Below are positions 9,311-19,529 of a stretch of 64,000 nucleotides of DNA, piece after piece (position 1 is the first letter of the stretch; each line of letters opens with the position of its first letter). The position numbers and the translations under genes were made by a program. Under the pieces are notes generated by a model. The model worked only from the letters and a program-made list of their open reading frames with translations, ran no database searches and had not been told where the DNA came from. This stretch comes from Candidatus Velthaea sp. Its GTDB lineage: Bacteria; Vulcanimicrobiota; Vulcanimicrobiia; Vulcanimicrobiales; Vulcanimicrobiaceae. The DNA lies in contig JBEKHC010000002.1 in assembly GCA_050012475.1 (NCBI GenBank), positions 1 through 64,000 on the forward strand. The letters are read 5' to 3'.

Positions 9311-9520
9311 TTACCTGCGATTCATGAGCGCCACGATGATTGTCAGCAGGATGCTCAAGAGCAGCGACGTTCCGATCGGGACGAACACCCGGAAGTTTTG
9401 ATTACCGAACGTCAAGTCACCCGGCAATCGTCCCAGCCGCAGCGCCGGCGCGAACTCGACGATCGCCCCGACGACGACGATCGCGATTCCCAGCGCAATG
9501 ATCGCGCGGCCCGGACTCAC
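9311..9520 (-). CDS. DUF2905 small membrane protein
   Basis: LGRLPGD, FVPIGTSLLLS. Confidence 0.85.
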   Translation of the reverse strand: MSPGRAIIALGIAIVVVGAIVEFAPALRLGRLPGDLTFGNQNFRVFVPIGTSLLLSILLTIIVALMNRR

Positions 9521-9568
9521 GAGCGGCTTGGCACCTCGCGCCGAACGCCGCGCGGCTTGCGCGAAGCG

Positions 9569-10060
9569 TTAGACGGCGAAGTCTTCGACGTACAGTGTTG
9601 CGTCGACGCCGACGCCGAGCGCCGCAACACCGATTTTGCGCACTCGCGGGTCCAGGATGTTGGCGCGATGGGCGGCGCTGTCGAGCAGCGCCTCATTGGC
9701 GTGCTCGACGTCCCGGTCGAAGGCAATGTTCTCGGCGGCCACGCGCCAGTGAAAGCCGACGGCTTGCAGCCGATCCAGTAACGAAGCGCCGTCAGGTGTG
9801 GAATGACCGAAGAACCTCCGGCTCGCCATGTCGCGGGCGTGCAGCAATGCCGCGCGCGAGAGCAATCTGTCGACGATGACGCCGGGTAATCCTTGATCGA
9901 GCCGCACGCGGTTGATATCGTCCACGAGCTCGCGTTCGTCGTTTTGGAGCACGACGAGAGGGGCGGGAGACACGATGATCAGCGGTTCGTACGCGGTCTC
10001 GGCATGCGCCAGTCCCGTCATCGCGACGGAGGCCAAAAGACCCAGCAACAATGCCTTCAT
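9569..10060 (-). CDS. CAP/SCP domain secreted protein
   Basis: HARDM, FGH, AENIA, SAAHRANIL, IGV. Confidence 0.88.
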   Translation of the reverse strand: MKALLLGLLASVAMTGLAHAETAYEPLIIVSPAPLVVLQNDERELVDDINRVRLDQGLPGVIVDRLLSRAALLHARDMASRRFFGHSTPDGASLLDRLQAVGFHWRVAAENIAFDRDVEHANEALLDSAAHRANILDPRVRKIGVAALGVGVDATLYVEDFAV

Positions 10061-10079
10061 GTCCTATTGTATATAGGAC
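10061..10079. promoter_or_regulatory. Inverted repeat overlapping the -10-like box of the CAP gene
   Basis: GTCCTAT-N5-ATAGGAC directly upstream of the ATG; the minus strand has TACAAT 5 nt before the ATG. Confidence 0.45.
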
Positions 10080-10094
10080 TTTAGGCCCCAATTC

Positions 10095-10670
10095 TTAACC
10101 TGGGAGCGCGAAGCTGTTGATGAAATTGATTGCGGTCACAGTTTTCGCATCGAGCCAGAGGAGAATTCCATCGACGCACGCGACCGTTAGGGCCGCCAAA
10201 CGTTGTTCCTCTTCGGGATTGAAAGCGCTTAGGACGCGGTCGATCGCCTCGCCGCCGGCGTCCCTTCCGATCCCGATCCGCAGGCGCGGAAAGTCCTCGC
10301 CGAAATGCGCGATGAGCGATTTGAGCCCGTTGTGGCCCCCCGAGCCGCCCCGCTCGCGCATCCGAAGCTTGCCGAACGGCAAATCCAAGTCGTCGACGAC
10401 TACGAGGATCTGGGCCGGCGGCACTTTGTGCCAAGCGGCGATCCGCTGCGTCGGCTCGCCGCTGAGGTTCATGAACGTCTGCGGCTCGACGAGGACCACC
10501 CCGCGCGCGCGGTCGACGGCCTGCCGAGCGCCATCCTTGGATTTCCAGTCGCCCTCCAGGCCCAAGCCGCGCGCCAGCTCGTCGACGACGATGAATCCGG
10601 CGTTGTGGCGCGTGCGCGCGTAACGCCGGCCTGGATTGCCCAGGCCGACGACGAGGCGAAGGCCGGCGAT
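10095..10670 (-). CDS. pth: Peptidyl-tRNA hydrolase (probable non-canonical ATC start)
   Basis: LVVGLGNPG..YARTRHNAGF lies in frame upstream of the tracked ORF; PQTFMNLSG, DDLDLP, GGHNGLKS. Confidence 0.9.
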   Translation of the reverse strand: MAGLRLVVGLGNPGRRYARTRHNAGFIVVDELARGLGLEGDWKSKDGARQAVDRARGVVLVEPQTFMNLSGEPTQRIAAWHKVPPAQILVVVDDLDLPFGKLRMRERGGSGGHNGLKSLIAHFGEDFPRLRIGIGRDAGGEAIDRVLSAFNPEEEQRLAALTVACVDGILLWLDAKTVTAINFINSFALPG

Positions 10671-10673
10671 CGG

Positions 10674-11315
10674 CTAGCTCGCGGCGGGCGCTTCGGCTGC
10701 CGGCGCTTCGGCAGCGGGCTCGGCCGCGACGGCCGTTTCCTCGGCGGCGCCGGTTCGCGGTGCCTCGACCGAAACGATGACCTGATCGGCCGGAGTCAGG
10801 AGGGTGAACCCCTCGGGCAGCGGCAATTCGCCCGCCGTGATGTGGCTGTGGATAGTGAGTTCGGAGGTGTCGACCGTGATGCTCTCGGGGATCTTGCCGG
10901 CGGCGCCCTTGACGTCGATCGAACGGGTCACGATGTCGAGGATCGCGCCGTCGCGGACGGCGGCCGAATTGCCGGTCACGGCGATCGCGACGGTTGCGCT
11001 GATTTCCTCACCCTGCGTCACGCGCTGAAAATCGACGTGGATCGGGCGGTGGGATACGGGATCCCGCTGGACCTCGCGCAGCAGCACCGAGTCGTGCTTG
11101 CCGTCGATCACGGCGTCGAGGATGCGGCTCTTTCCGCCGTGGGTCAGCAGCTCTTCGAGCGCCTTGGCACCGATCGAGATCGCGGTGGGTTCGCCGTGTC
11201 CGTAGAGCACGGCCGGAATTTGCCCCGCGCGCCGCACGGCGCGAGCCGAGGTCGTGCCGGGGTGGGTGCGGACGGCAATCGTCAGCGAGTCGGTGGAAGT
11301 CTGCGCTTTGGCCAT
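10674..11315 (-). CDS. rplY: 50S ribosomal protein L25/Ctc
   Basis: GQIPAVLYG, VQRDP, HVDF, C-terminal TL5 domain and acidic Ala-rich tail. Confidence 0.95.
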   Translation of the reverse strand: MAKAQTSTDSLTIAVRTHPGTTSARAVRRAGQIPAVLYGHGEPTAISIGAKALEELLTHGGKSRILDAVIDGKHDSVLLREVQRDPVSHRPIHVDFQRVTQGEEISATVAIAVTGNSAAVRDGAILDIVTRSIDVKGAAGKIPESITVDTSELTIHSHITAGELPLPEGFTLLTPADQVIVSVEAPRTGAAEETAVAAEPAAEAPAAEAPAAS

Positions 11316-11325
11316 GTCGGGTTCC

Positions 11326-12378
11326 TTAAACGGTTGCGGGCGTGAGAACGGTTTCGGCGGCGGCGGCGACCGCGCGTGCCGCGTCGGATGCCCGCTCGGA
11401 ATTTTCGAGCTCCTCGGGTCCGAACAGCTCCGAAACGGAGCGGTTCGAGGTGATTCGCTTGATCGCGTCGGCCAAAATCTGCGCGATCGACTGCTGTTCG
11501 ATCTTGCCGCCGTCGCCGTCGAGCGAGACGTTGCGCGGGATGGTATCGGTCACGATCACCTGTCGAATCGGCGAGTTCGCGAACTGTTTGATCGCGTCTC
11601 CGGCGAAGATGCCGTGCGTCGCCAGGGTGTAGACGTCGGTCGCACCCTCGTTGATGAGCGCTTCCGCGGCTTTGACGAGGGTGCCGCCGGTCGAAATCAT
11701 GTCGTCGACCACGACGGCGACTTTGCCTTGAACGTCGCCGACGATGCCGGTCACTTCCGAGACATCCGGCTGCGGACGACGCTTGATGATGACGGCGAGC
11801 GACGATTTGAGCCGCTTGGCAAAGGTCTCGGCGCGGGGGACGCCGCCCGCGTCGGGCGAGACCACAACGACGTTGTTGCCTTGCAGGCCCTGATTTTTTA
11901 GATAGTTGCACAGCGTCGGAGCAGCCGTCAGATTGTCGACGGGGATGTTGAAGAAGCCTTGGATCTGCGCGGCGTGGAGGTCGAGCGTGACCAGCCGCTC
12001 GGCGCCCGCGGTCTCGAGCATGTTCGCTACGAGCTTGGCCGAGATCGGTTCGCGGCCTTTGGTCTTCTTGTCTTGTTTGGCGTAGCCGTAGTAGGGGACG
12101 ACGGCGGTGATGCGATTGGCCGAGGCGCGCCGCAGCGCATCGATCATCAGCAGCAGCTCCATCAACGAATCGTTGACGGAACCGGCGGGGGAATTGCAAA
12201 TCGACTGGAGGACGAAAACTTCCGCGCCGCGGACGTTCTCGCGGATCTCGATGCGGCACTCATTATTCTTGAACCGGTCCACGAGCGCGTTGCCGACGCG
12301 TGTCTGCATCCGTTTCGCGATCTTTTCCGCTAGTTCGCGATTCGACGTTCCACTGAATATGAGTGGCGGCTGGATCAC
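11326..12378 (-). CDS. prs: Ribose-phosphate pyrophosphokinase
   Basis: PYYGYAKQD, DLHAAQIQGFF, VSPDAGG, VDDMISTGGT. Confidence 0.96.
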   Translation of the reverse strand: MIQPPLIFSGTSNRELAEKIAKRMQTRVGNALVDRFKNNECRIEIRENVRGAEVFVLQSICNSPAGSVNDSLMELLLMIDALRRASANRITAVVPYYGYAKQDKKTKGREPISAKLVANMLETAGAERLVTLDLHAAQIQGFFNIPVDNLTAAPTLCNYLKNQGLQGNNVVVVSPDAGGVPRAETFAKRLKSSLAVIIKRRPQPDVSEVTGIVGDVQGKVAVVVDDMISTGGTLVKAAEALINEGATDVYTLATHGIFAGDAIKQFANSPIRQVIVTDTIPRNVSLDGDGGKIEQQSIAQILADAIKRITSNRSVSELFGPEELENSERASDAARAVAAAAETVLTPATV

Positions 12379-12593
12379 GGAAATCGAACTCCTCCCGCTT
12401 CCGATGGCACGCCTGGGCGCGGCAACGGGGAGCGCAACAGTATGCGAGATTTCTCTTAGAATAGCCTGTCCCCGAGGCGCAACGCCGGGAGCTTTCCCCC
12501 GGTCTTACCACTACAAGGGCATCGGGCGAGCGGCAAAGCCGCCGCGGCCTGCGTCCGCCGCGAGCGGAGCAATTCGACGTCGGGAGCCGATCG

Positions 12594-14639
12594 ATTAGCA
12601 GATTCGAGTTAGTTTCACCTTACGGGCTGGCCGGCGATCAGCCGCGAGCCACCGTGTCGTTGGCGGCAGGCATCGAGCGCGGCGATCGCGCCCAGACGCT
12701 GCTCGGCGTCACCGGCAGCGGCAAAACCATGGCGATGGCGCGCGTCGTCGAACTGGTCCAGAAACCGACGCTGGTGCTGTGCCACAACAAGACGCTCGCC
12801 GCGCAGCTGTGCGCGGAATTCCGCGATTTTTTTCCCAACAACGCCGTCGAGTATTTCGTCTCCTACTTCGACTACTACCAGCCCGAAGCGTACATCGCAC
12901 ACACCGACACCTACATCGCCAAGGACAGTTCGATCAACGATGAGGTCGAGCGTTTGCGGCATTCCGCGACGCAGTCGCTGCTGACCCGCCGCGACACGCT
13001 CATCGTGGCGTCGGTCTCGTGCATTTTCGGGTTGGGTTCGCCCGCGGACTACATGGAGCTGGCGGCGGACATCAAAGTCGGCGACAGCGTCGACCGCGAC
13101 GAATTTCTGCGCCAGCTCGTGGGCATGCAATATCGGCGCAACGACCTCAATTTGGTGCGCGGCACGTTTCGCGTGCGGGGCGATACGCTCGAATTCGTGG
13201 GTGTCGATGAAGAGCTCGTCCATCGCATCGAGTTCTTCGGCGACGAGATCGAAGCGATCAACGTCGTCAACATACTGACCGGCGAATACGTCGAATCCAA
13301 AGACGAACTCAAGATTTTTCCGGCCAAGCACTACATCACGCCCGAGGAAAAGCTGCGCCGCGCGATCACTGGAATCGAAGAGGAACTCGTCGACCGGCTC
13401 AAGTTCTTCAAAGACAACGGGAAGCTGCTCGAAGCACAGCGGCTGGAACAACGCACGAACTACGACTTGGACATGCTGCGCGAGGTTGGCTACTGCAACG
13501 GCGTCGAGAACTATTCTCGCCACCTCGCCGGGCGCGAGCCCGGCTCGACGCCGTGGTGTTTGCTCGACTTCTTCCCGCAAGACGATTGGCTGATGTTCGT
13601 CGACGAATCGCACGTGACGGTGCCGCAAGTCCACGGCATGTACGGCGGGGACCGCGCGCGCAAGGAATCGCTGGTCGAACACGGCTTCCGGCTGCCGTCG
13701 GCGCTGGACAACCGGCCGCTCACGTTCGATGAGTTCGAACGCCACATCAAGCAGATCGTCTATGTCTCGGCGACGCCCTCGACGTATGAGATGTCGAAAT
13801 CGAGTCAGATCGTCGAGATGATCATCCGGCCGACCGGCCTCGTTGATCCGGAGGTCGAGGTTCGTCCGACGCGCCACCAAGTCGACGATCTCATGGATGA
13901 GATTCGGAAGCGCGCCGGCGCCGACGAACGCGTGCTCGTCACGACGCTGACCAAGAAAATGGCCGAAGACCTGACCGACTATCTGCTCGAGAACGGCATC
14001 AAGGTGCGCTACCTGCACAGCGAGGTGGAGACTCTCGAGCGGATCGCGATCTTGCGCGATTTGCGCAAAGGCGAGTTCGACGTGCTCGTGGGCATCAATC
14101 TCCTGCGCGAAGGCTTGGATCTGCCCGAGGTTTCGCTCGTCGGCATCCTCGATGCCGACAAGGAGGGCTATCTGCGCTCCGGGACGTCGCTGATCCAAAC
14201 GATTGGGCGAGCCGCGCGCAACGTCGAGGGCCGCGTGATCATGTACGCCGACGTCGTCACCGAATCGATGGCCCGGGCGCTGGGCGAAACCAAGCGCCGT
14301 CGCGAGCGGCAGCTGGCATTTAACATCGAACACGGAATCGAGGCGCGTTCGGTGCGCAAGGAAGTCCGCGACATTTTAGCGCTCGTCGGCGCGCCGGCTA
14401 ACGGCGCGGAAGCCATTCGCGCCGAGAAGCTGCCGCGCGAAGTCGCGTTAGCCATGGCAGCGGAGATCGAGCGCAAGATGCGCGAAGCCGCGGCGAACTT
14501 GGAGTTCGAGAAAGCGGCGGCGCTGCGCGACGAACTCGTCGAGTTGCGCAAACAAATCGGCGGCAACGAGGGCGTCCTCTTCGGCGGAAAAGCGCCGAAA
14601 ATATTTCAGCACGCGCTGCGCGAACTCATCGGCACATAA
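12594..14639 (+). CDS. uvrB: Excinuclease ABC subunit B (probable ATT start at 12594; tracked ORF starts 12654)
   Basis: [15 protein letters not shown]-terminus, [29 protein letters not shown]-terminal UVR coiled coil. Confidence 0.96.
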   Translation: MSRFELVSPYGLAGDQPRATVSLAAGIERGDRAQTLLGVTGSGKTMAMARVVELVQKPTLVLCHNKTLAAQLCAEFRDFFPNNAVEYFVSYFDYYQPEAYIAHTDTYIAKDSSINDEVERLRHSATQSLLTRRDTLIVASVSCIFGLGSPADYMELAADIKVGDSVDRDEFLRQLVGMQYRRNDLNLVRGTFRVRGDTLEFVGVDEELVHRIEFFGDEIEAINVVNILTGEYVESKDELKIFPAKHYITPEEKLRRAITGIEEELVDRLKFFKDNGKLLEAQRLEQRTNYDLDMLREVGYCNGVENYSRHLAGREPGSTPWCLLDFFPQDDWLMFVDESHVTVPQVHGMYGGDRARKESLVEHGFRLPSALDNRPLTFDEFERHIKQIVYVSATPSTYEMSKSSQIVEMIIRPTGLVDPEVEVRPTRHQVDDLMDEIRKRAGADERVLVTTLTKKMAEDLTDYLLENGIKVRYLHSEVETLERIAILRDLRKGEFDVLVGINLLREGLDLPEVSLVGILDADKEGYLRSGTSLIQTIGRAARNVEGRVIMYADVVTESMARALGETKRRRERQLAFNIEHGIEARSVRKEVRDILALVGAPANGAEAIRAEKLPREVALAMAAEIERKMREAAANLEFEKAAALRDELVELRKQIGGNEGVLFGGKAPKIFQHALRELIGT

Positions 14640-14820
14640 CAGGATTAAGCGAACTCTTCGAGTTCGCTTAATCCGTGGCGTTTGGCCCTTCGGGCCAAGC
14701 CGCGGCGGCGTTTGCGGCTGCGCGGCAATCCGCGGTGGCGTTTGCGCTACGCGCAATCCTTGGCATTTGCGGCTGCGCCGCAAGCCGCGGCGGCGTTGGG
14801 CTTTACGCAGGCCGCGAATC
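14640..14820 (+). repeat. REP/BIME-like hairpin array, copy 2 (may also act as terminator/stabiliser)
   Basis: CA, then a perfect 15-bp stem GGATTAAGCGAACTC/GAGTTCGCTTAATCC, then about five TGGCGTTTG...CAAGCCGCGG units. Confidence 0.85.
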
Positions 14821-15047
14821 TGCCGGAGCGGCACCTGCGTTAACGGTGAAGAAGCCGGGACCTCCGGCTTTGTTTCACTTTTTCGACAGCCGTCGCGGGA
14901 GCGATATCCGAGGTGGTTATGCGAACGATCGGCTCGAAGGCGCGGACGTGTAAATTTTCGGTAAACGCGGTAATGGTATTTGGCTTGATGGCCCGATGAT
15001 TGTCGTGTGAAGGTAAAGGTGGCCGGATTGCATCGGCGGTGCAGGCG

Positions 15048-17399
15048 GTGAAACTTCGCATTCGCGAGCGCGTGCTGCTGCTCGTCGCGCTGCCGCTCGT
15101 CTTGCTCGGTTCGCTGGCGATCGCCGGAATCGTCGCGTTGGACGATGCCCGAGCATTCACCGAGATCGCTCGCACGGCGAACGCGTCGCTGCTGGCGGCA
15201 GCCGAGTTGCGCTCTGCGGCATTGCTGGCCGAGTCAAGCGTGCGCGATGCGCTCGGCGATGACGCGTTAACGCGCGCAGACTCGGCACGCGCGGCAGCGC
15301 AAACACGGACGAAGCTCGCCCAACTTCGGCAGCTCGTCGCGAACTCGGCGCCGGCTCGTGCGGACGTCGAAGCGTTGCGCGCGCACGTCGACCGGCTGTT
15401 GGCCGTACTCGCGGCGCCGCCCGCGGGCGCACGCAACGACGAGCGGCGCGAAATGACCGCGATCGAAAGCGCGATCGCGACGCTCGACGCAACCGAACGG
15501 ACGAACTTGGCCGCTGCGCGCGCAGCGAACCCGATCTCCAACGGCAGCGTAGCGGTCATCCTCGCGGCCGGTTCGGTCCTGGGCACGGTCGTCACGCTCG
15601 TCGCCGGGTTCGGGCTGATCGGATTTATCTGCGACCGGCTGGACCGACTGGGCGAACGCGCCCGCAGCATTGCGCGCGGCCGTCCGCTCGAAGGGCGGAT
15701 TTCCGGCAGCGACGAGATCGCCGAGCTCGACGAAACGTTCTACGCGATGACGCTGTCACTGGAGAAGCGGCACGCGGAGCTGCGGGCCGCGCTCGAACGG
15801 GCGAACGAAGCATCGCGCCAAAAATCGAAATTCGTCGCCACGCTCAGCCACGAAATTCGCACGCCGATGAACGGCGTGATCGGGATGAGCGAACTGCTCT
15901 TGCAGACGGCCCTAAGCGGTGAACAGCGCAACTATGCCGACGCGGTGCATTGGTCCGGCGTCGCGTTGCTGACCATCGTCAACGAAGTCCTCGATTTCTC
16001 GAAGATCGAAGCCGGCCGGATGGAACTCGACCGCACCGACTTCAATCTGGTCGAAACCGTCGAGTCGGTCACCACGCTCTTATCGGCGCAGGCTGCGGGC
16101 AAAGGCGTCGCTTTGATGTCGTTCATCGATCCGGCCGTGCCGCAGGTCGTCAACGGCGATCACGCGCGCGTCCGCCAAGTTCTGCTCAATCTCGTCGGCA
16201 ACGCGCTCAAATTCACCGAGACGGGCAGCGTCGTCGTCGACGTCGTTGCCGCGGACGGCACGCCGCTGCAGAGCGCCGTCCGGTTCTGCGTGCGCGACAC
16301 CGGGATCGGCATCGATGAATCGATCGGCGATGAACTTTTCGAGCCGTTCGCGCAAGCCGACGGCACGACCACGCGACGCTTCGGCGGAACCGGCTTGGGC
16401 TTGGCGATCTCACGCTCGTTCGTCGAAATGATGGGCGGCCGGCTCGATTTTACCAGCAAACTCGGCAGCGGCACGACGTTTTCGTTCACGATCGCGTTAC
16501 CGGCCGGCAGCGCCGCGAGCCCGCTGTTCGGCTTGAACGAGAAATTGCGGGGAGCGCGGGCGCTCATCGTCGACGACGATCCCGCGGCGAGCGATGTCTT
16601 CGCGCGCTATTGCCGCTCGTGGGGCATGAGCGCCGATACGGTCGAGGAGCCGCTCCGCGCCAAGAACATGCTGCTGCGCGCCGCGGCCAAGAGCGACCCG
16701 TATGCCGTTGCGATCGTCGACTGCACCCTGCCCGACGTCGACGGCTTGGCATTTGGCCGCGAGATCGCGTGCGATGAACGAATCGCAGCGACGGCATTGA
16801 TCTTGGTCACCGCCCACGACGACGCCGAACGCACCGAACGCGCCCGGCAGGCCGGCTTCCTCGACTGTTTGATCAAACCGATCCGTCAGCTCGCGCTGCA
16901 CGCGAGCGTGGCGAAAGCCGTCGACGCGCGAGCCGTCGATGGCGGACTTGCACCAGTCGCGCAGCCGGCGCTCAACGCCGGCGTGCCGCCGCGCTCGGAG
17001 CGCATTTTGCTCGCTGAAGATAACGTGGTCAGCCGGCAACTCGCGCTGCGGCAACTCGCCAAGTTGGGCTTCGAGGCGGTTGCAGTCGCCGACGGTCACG
17101 CCGCAGTGACCACGCTCCAAACGCAGCGCTGCGATCTCATCTTGATGGATTGTCAGATGCCGGTGATGGACGGCTTCGAGGCGACCGCGTTGATTCGGGC
17201 GGGCGAACGGGGCGTGCCGTCCCACGTGCCGATCATCGCGATGACCGCAAACGCGCGTTCCGGTGATCGCGACGACTGTCTAGCGGCGGGGATGGACGAC
17301 TATCTCACCAAGCCGGTCACGATGGCCACCCTCGCGGGCGTGATCGAACGCTGGCTGGGCCGCGGTCCGGCGGCGGAGTCGGGGACGATTACCCACTAG
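15048..17399 (+). CDS. Hybrid sensor histidine kinase (TM-HAMP-HisKA-HATPase-REC-REC)
   Basis: [32 protein letters not shown], two receiver domains (IVDC, LMDCQMP). Start could be 15000-15048. Confidence 0.92.
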   Translation: MKLRIRERVLLLVALPLVLLGSLAIAGIVALDDARAFTEIARTANASLLAAAELRSAALLAESSVRDALGDDALTRADSARAAAQTRTKLAQLRQLVANSAPARADVEALRAHVDRLLAVLAAPPAGARNDERREMTAIESAIATLDATERTNLAAARAANPISNGSVAVILAAGSVLGTVVTLVAGFGLIGFICDRLDRLGERARSIARGRPLEGRISGSDEIAELDETFYAMTLSLEKRHAELRAALERANEASRQKSKFVATLSHEIRTPMNGVIGMSELLLQTALSGEQRNYADAVHWSGVALLTIVNEVLDFSKIEAGRMELDRTDFNLVETVESVTTLLSAQAAGKGVALMSFIDPAVPQVVNGDHARVRQVLLNLVGNALKFTETGSVVVDVVAADGTPLQSAVRFCVRDTGIGIDESIGDELFEPFAQADGTTTRRFGGTGLGLAISRSFVEMMGGRLDFTSKLGSGTTFSFTIALPAGSAASPLFGLNEKLRGARALIVDDDPAASDVFARYCRSWGMSADTVEEPLRAKNMLLRAAAKSDPYAVAIVDCTLPDVDGLAFGREIACDERIAATALILVTAHDDAERTERARQAGFLDCLIKPIRQLALHASVAKAVDARAVDGGLAPVAQPALNAGVPPRSERILLAEDNVVSRQLALRQLAKLGFEAVAVADGHAAVTTLQTQRCDLILMDCQMPVMDGFEATALIRAGERGVPSHVPIIAMTANARSGDRDDCLAAGMDDYLTKPVTMATLAGVIERWLGRGPAAESGTITH

Positions 17400-17447
17400 C
17401 CGATTGCCTACCGGGGACACCGCCTTCGGCGCGCGTATTGTGCGGCG

Positions 17448-18512
17448 ATGCAAGACACAACCGTCGCCGGAGTCGCGATGTGGTCGCGCTGGCAGCCCGA
17501 TCGCGGATTGAATTTCAACTCCTGGCTCGTCAGCGGCGATGCCGGCAGCTTCGTCGTCGATCCGCTGGAGCCCGATGATGCCGAGGCGGTCTTTGCGCGC
17601 TGCCGCGCGGCGGGGGTTCGCGCCGTCGTCGTTACCAATCGCGATCACGAGCGGGCTGCGGCCCGGTTCGCGAACGAACTCCAGGCCGAGGTTATCGCGC
17701 CGGCCGCGGATGCCGCGCAGCTTCGCGTCGCTGCCGATCGGACGGTCGTCGACGGCGACGAGGTTTTCGGTTGGCACGTGCTCGTGCTCGACGGCTACAA
17801 GACGCCGGGCGAGATGGTGCTCTATTCGCCCGCGCGGCGCGCCGCGATCAGCGGTGATGCGTTCTGGGGAGCGCCGGCAGGGGCGCTGCGGCTGATGCCC
17901 GACGAAAAGCTGGCCGATCCGGTGAACGCCGTGCTCTCGGCGCGGCGCGTCCGCGCACTCGAACTCGAGCATCTGCTCGTGGGCGACGGCGCCCCGATCT
18001 TCGGCGCGGCGCACGCGGCACTGTCGGCGATGATCGTCGCGCGTGCGGCTGAGGCGCCGGTCGACACGATCAACCTCGCCGACCTGCGCTTGAGAAGCTT
18101 CACCGGCGACCCCGAGCCGTTCACCGGTCAGATGGCGGAGATCGGCTTGCTGCTCGGCGCCCAGCGCTTGGGCATTGCGCTCGGGAAGCTCGGGCCGGGC
18201 CAGGCGTATTGTCCGTTCCATTGGCACACGCGCGAGGAAGAACTGTTCATCGTGTGGGAGGGCACACCCACGCTGCGCACGCCGGCGGCGACTCGCCGGC
18301 TCAAACCCGGTGACTGCGTCGTTTTTGCGACCGCGCCGCACGGTGCGCACCGGCTGTCGAACGATACGGACACGGCTTGCTCGATCGTGATGATCGCGAA
18401 CATCGACCGTGGCGACGTGTGCTTCTATCCGGATTCGAAGAAATTCGTCGTCGAGGCGACGGACACGCTGGTGCGGACAGAGCCGCAGCTGGACTACTTT
18501 GATGGTGAATAG
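17448..18512 (+). CDS. MBL-fold / cupin fusion protein
   Basis: N-terminal VVDP, TNRDHER, KTPGE, LLVGDG; C-terminal cupin PFHWHTREEE...GAH, YPDSKK. Confidence 0.8.
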   Translation: MQDTTVAGVAMWSRWQPDRGLNFNSWLVSGDAGSFVVDPLEPDDAEAVFARCRAAGVRAVVVTNRDHERAAARFANELQAEVIAPAADAAQLRVAADRTVVDGDEVFGWHVLVLDGYKTPGEMVLYSPARRAAISGDAFWGAPAGALRLMPDEKLADPVNAVLSARRVRALELEHLLVGDGAPIFGAAHAALSAMIVARAAEAPVDTINLADLRLRSFTGDPEPFTGQMAEIGLLLGAQRLGIALGKLGPGQAYCPFHWHTREEELFIVWEGTPTLRTPAATRRLKPGDCVVFATAPHGAHRLSNDTDTACSIVMIANIDRGDVCFYPDSKKFVVEATDTLVRTEPQLDYFDGE

Positions 18513-19401
18513 CGTTCGCACGACCGCGCTCGATTGCGCGTACCTCGAACGCGGCCCGGTGGACGGGACGCCGATCCTCTTCGTACACGGTTTCCCGGAC
18601 GACGCGCGAACCTGGGACGCCGTTACCCCGGCGCTGGCCGCCGCCGGGTTTCGGACGATCGCTCCGTTCGTCCGCGGCTTCGGGCCGACCCGGCTGCAGC
18701 CCGGCGCCGCACGCAGCGGCGAAATCGCCGCGCTCGCTCGCGACGCGCTCGATCTTGCCGACGCGCTAGGACTGCCGCGCTTCCATTTCGTCGGACACGA
18801 TTGGGGCGCGCGGGCCGGCTACGCGCTGGCGGTACTGGCGCCCGACCGTCTGTTGACGCTGACGGCGTTGGCCGTGGCCTACGGGACGAACGTTCCGGCA
18901 CAAGCGATGGACGTGCATCAGCTGCGCGCCTACTGGTACCAATGGTACTTCGCCACCTCGCGGGGCGAACGCGCCCTGCGTGATGAGCGCCTGGGCTTCT
19001 GTCGCGATCTCTGGCGCACATGGTCGCCCGGCTGGGCGTTCACTCCGGCCGAATTTGCGCAGACCGCCGCTTCGTTCGACAATCCGGACTTCGTCGACGT
19101 CGTGCTCCACTCGTATCGCGCGCGGTGGGGTTTCGTACCCGGCGACCCGGCCTATGCGGCCGACGGTGCGGCAATCGAGCGCGTTCCGCCGATCGCGGTT
19201 CCGGCAACGGTGCTCATGGGCCGCGACGACGGCGCCACCTTGCCCCAGAGCGCTGCCGGCAAGGAGCGGTTCTTCCGCGCCGCTTATACGCTGCAGATTC
19301 TCGACGATTGCGGCCATTTCGTTCAGCGCGAGCAGCCGCAGACGGTCATCGACGCGGTTTGCAGCGCAGCGCTCGCTGCTCAGACGTTGCGTGACCCGTG
19401 A
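18502..19401 (+). CDS. Alpha/beta hydrolase (epoxide hydrolase-like)
   Basis: HGFPD, GHDWGA, YWYQW, GHFVQREQP. Confidence 0.9.
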   Translation: MVNSVRTTALDCAYLERGPVDGTPILFVHGFPDDARTWDAVTPALAAAGFRTIAPFVRGFGPTRLQPGAARSGEIAALARDALDLADALGLPRFHFVGHDWGARAGYALAVLAPDRLLTLTALAVAYGTNVPAQAMDVHQLRAYWYQWYFATSRGERALRDERLGFCRDLWRTWSPGWAFTPAEFAQTAASFDNPDFVDVVLHSYRARWGFVPGDPAYAADGAAIERVPPIAVPATVLMGRDDGATLPQSAAGKERFFRAAYTLQILDDCGHFVQREQPQTVIDAVCSAALAAQTLRDP

Positions 19402-19529
19402 GCGCTCCAGCCGAGGCGTTCAAAGACCGCTAGAAACGACGGTTTCGATCGCTGCAAGCGCGGAAAACGTTCAACGTACTACCGTTGGGCGCTCTCGGGT
19501 TTGTTCGATTGAAAGCAGTCTCGATCGTA

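Noticed and set aside
12379..12593. tRNA gene or SOS box in the prs-uvrB intergenic region
   Set aside because: No cloverleaf/TTCGA arm in context and no convincing LexA palindrome.
14675..14953. ORFs running through the repeat arrays (also 5182-5403, 45413-45607)
   Set aside because: Translations simply reflect the repeat units; no SD or coding signal.
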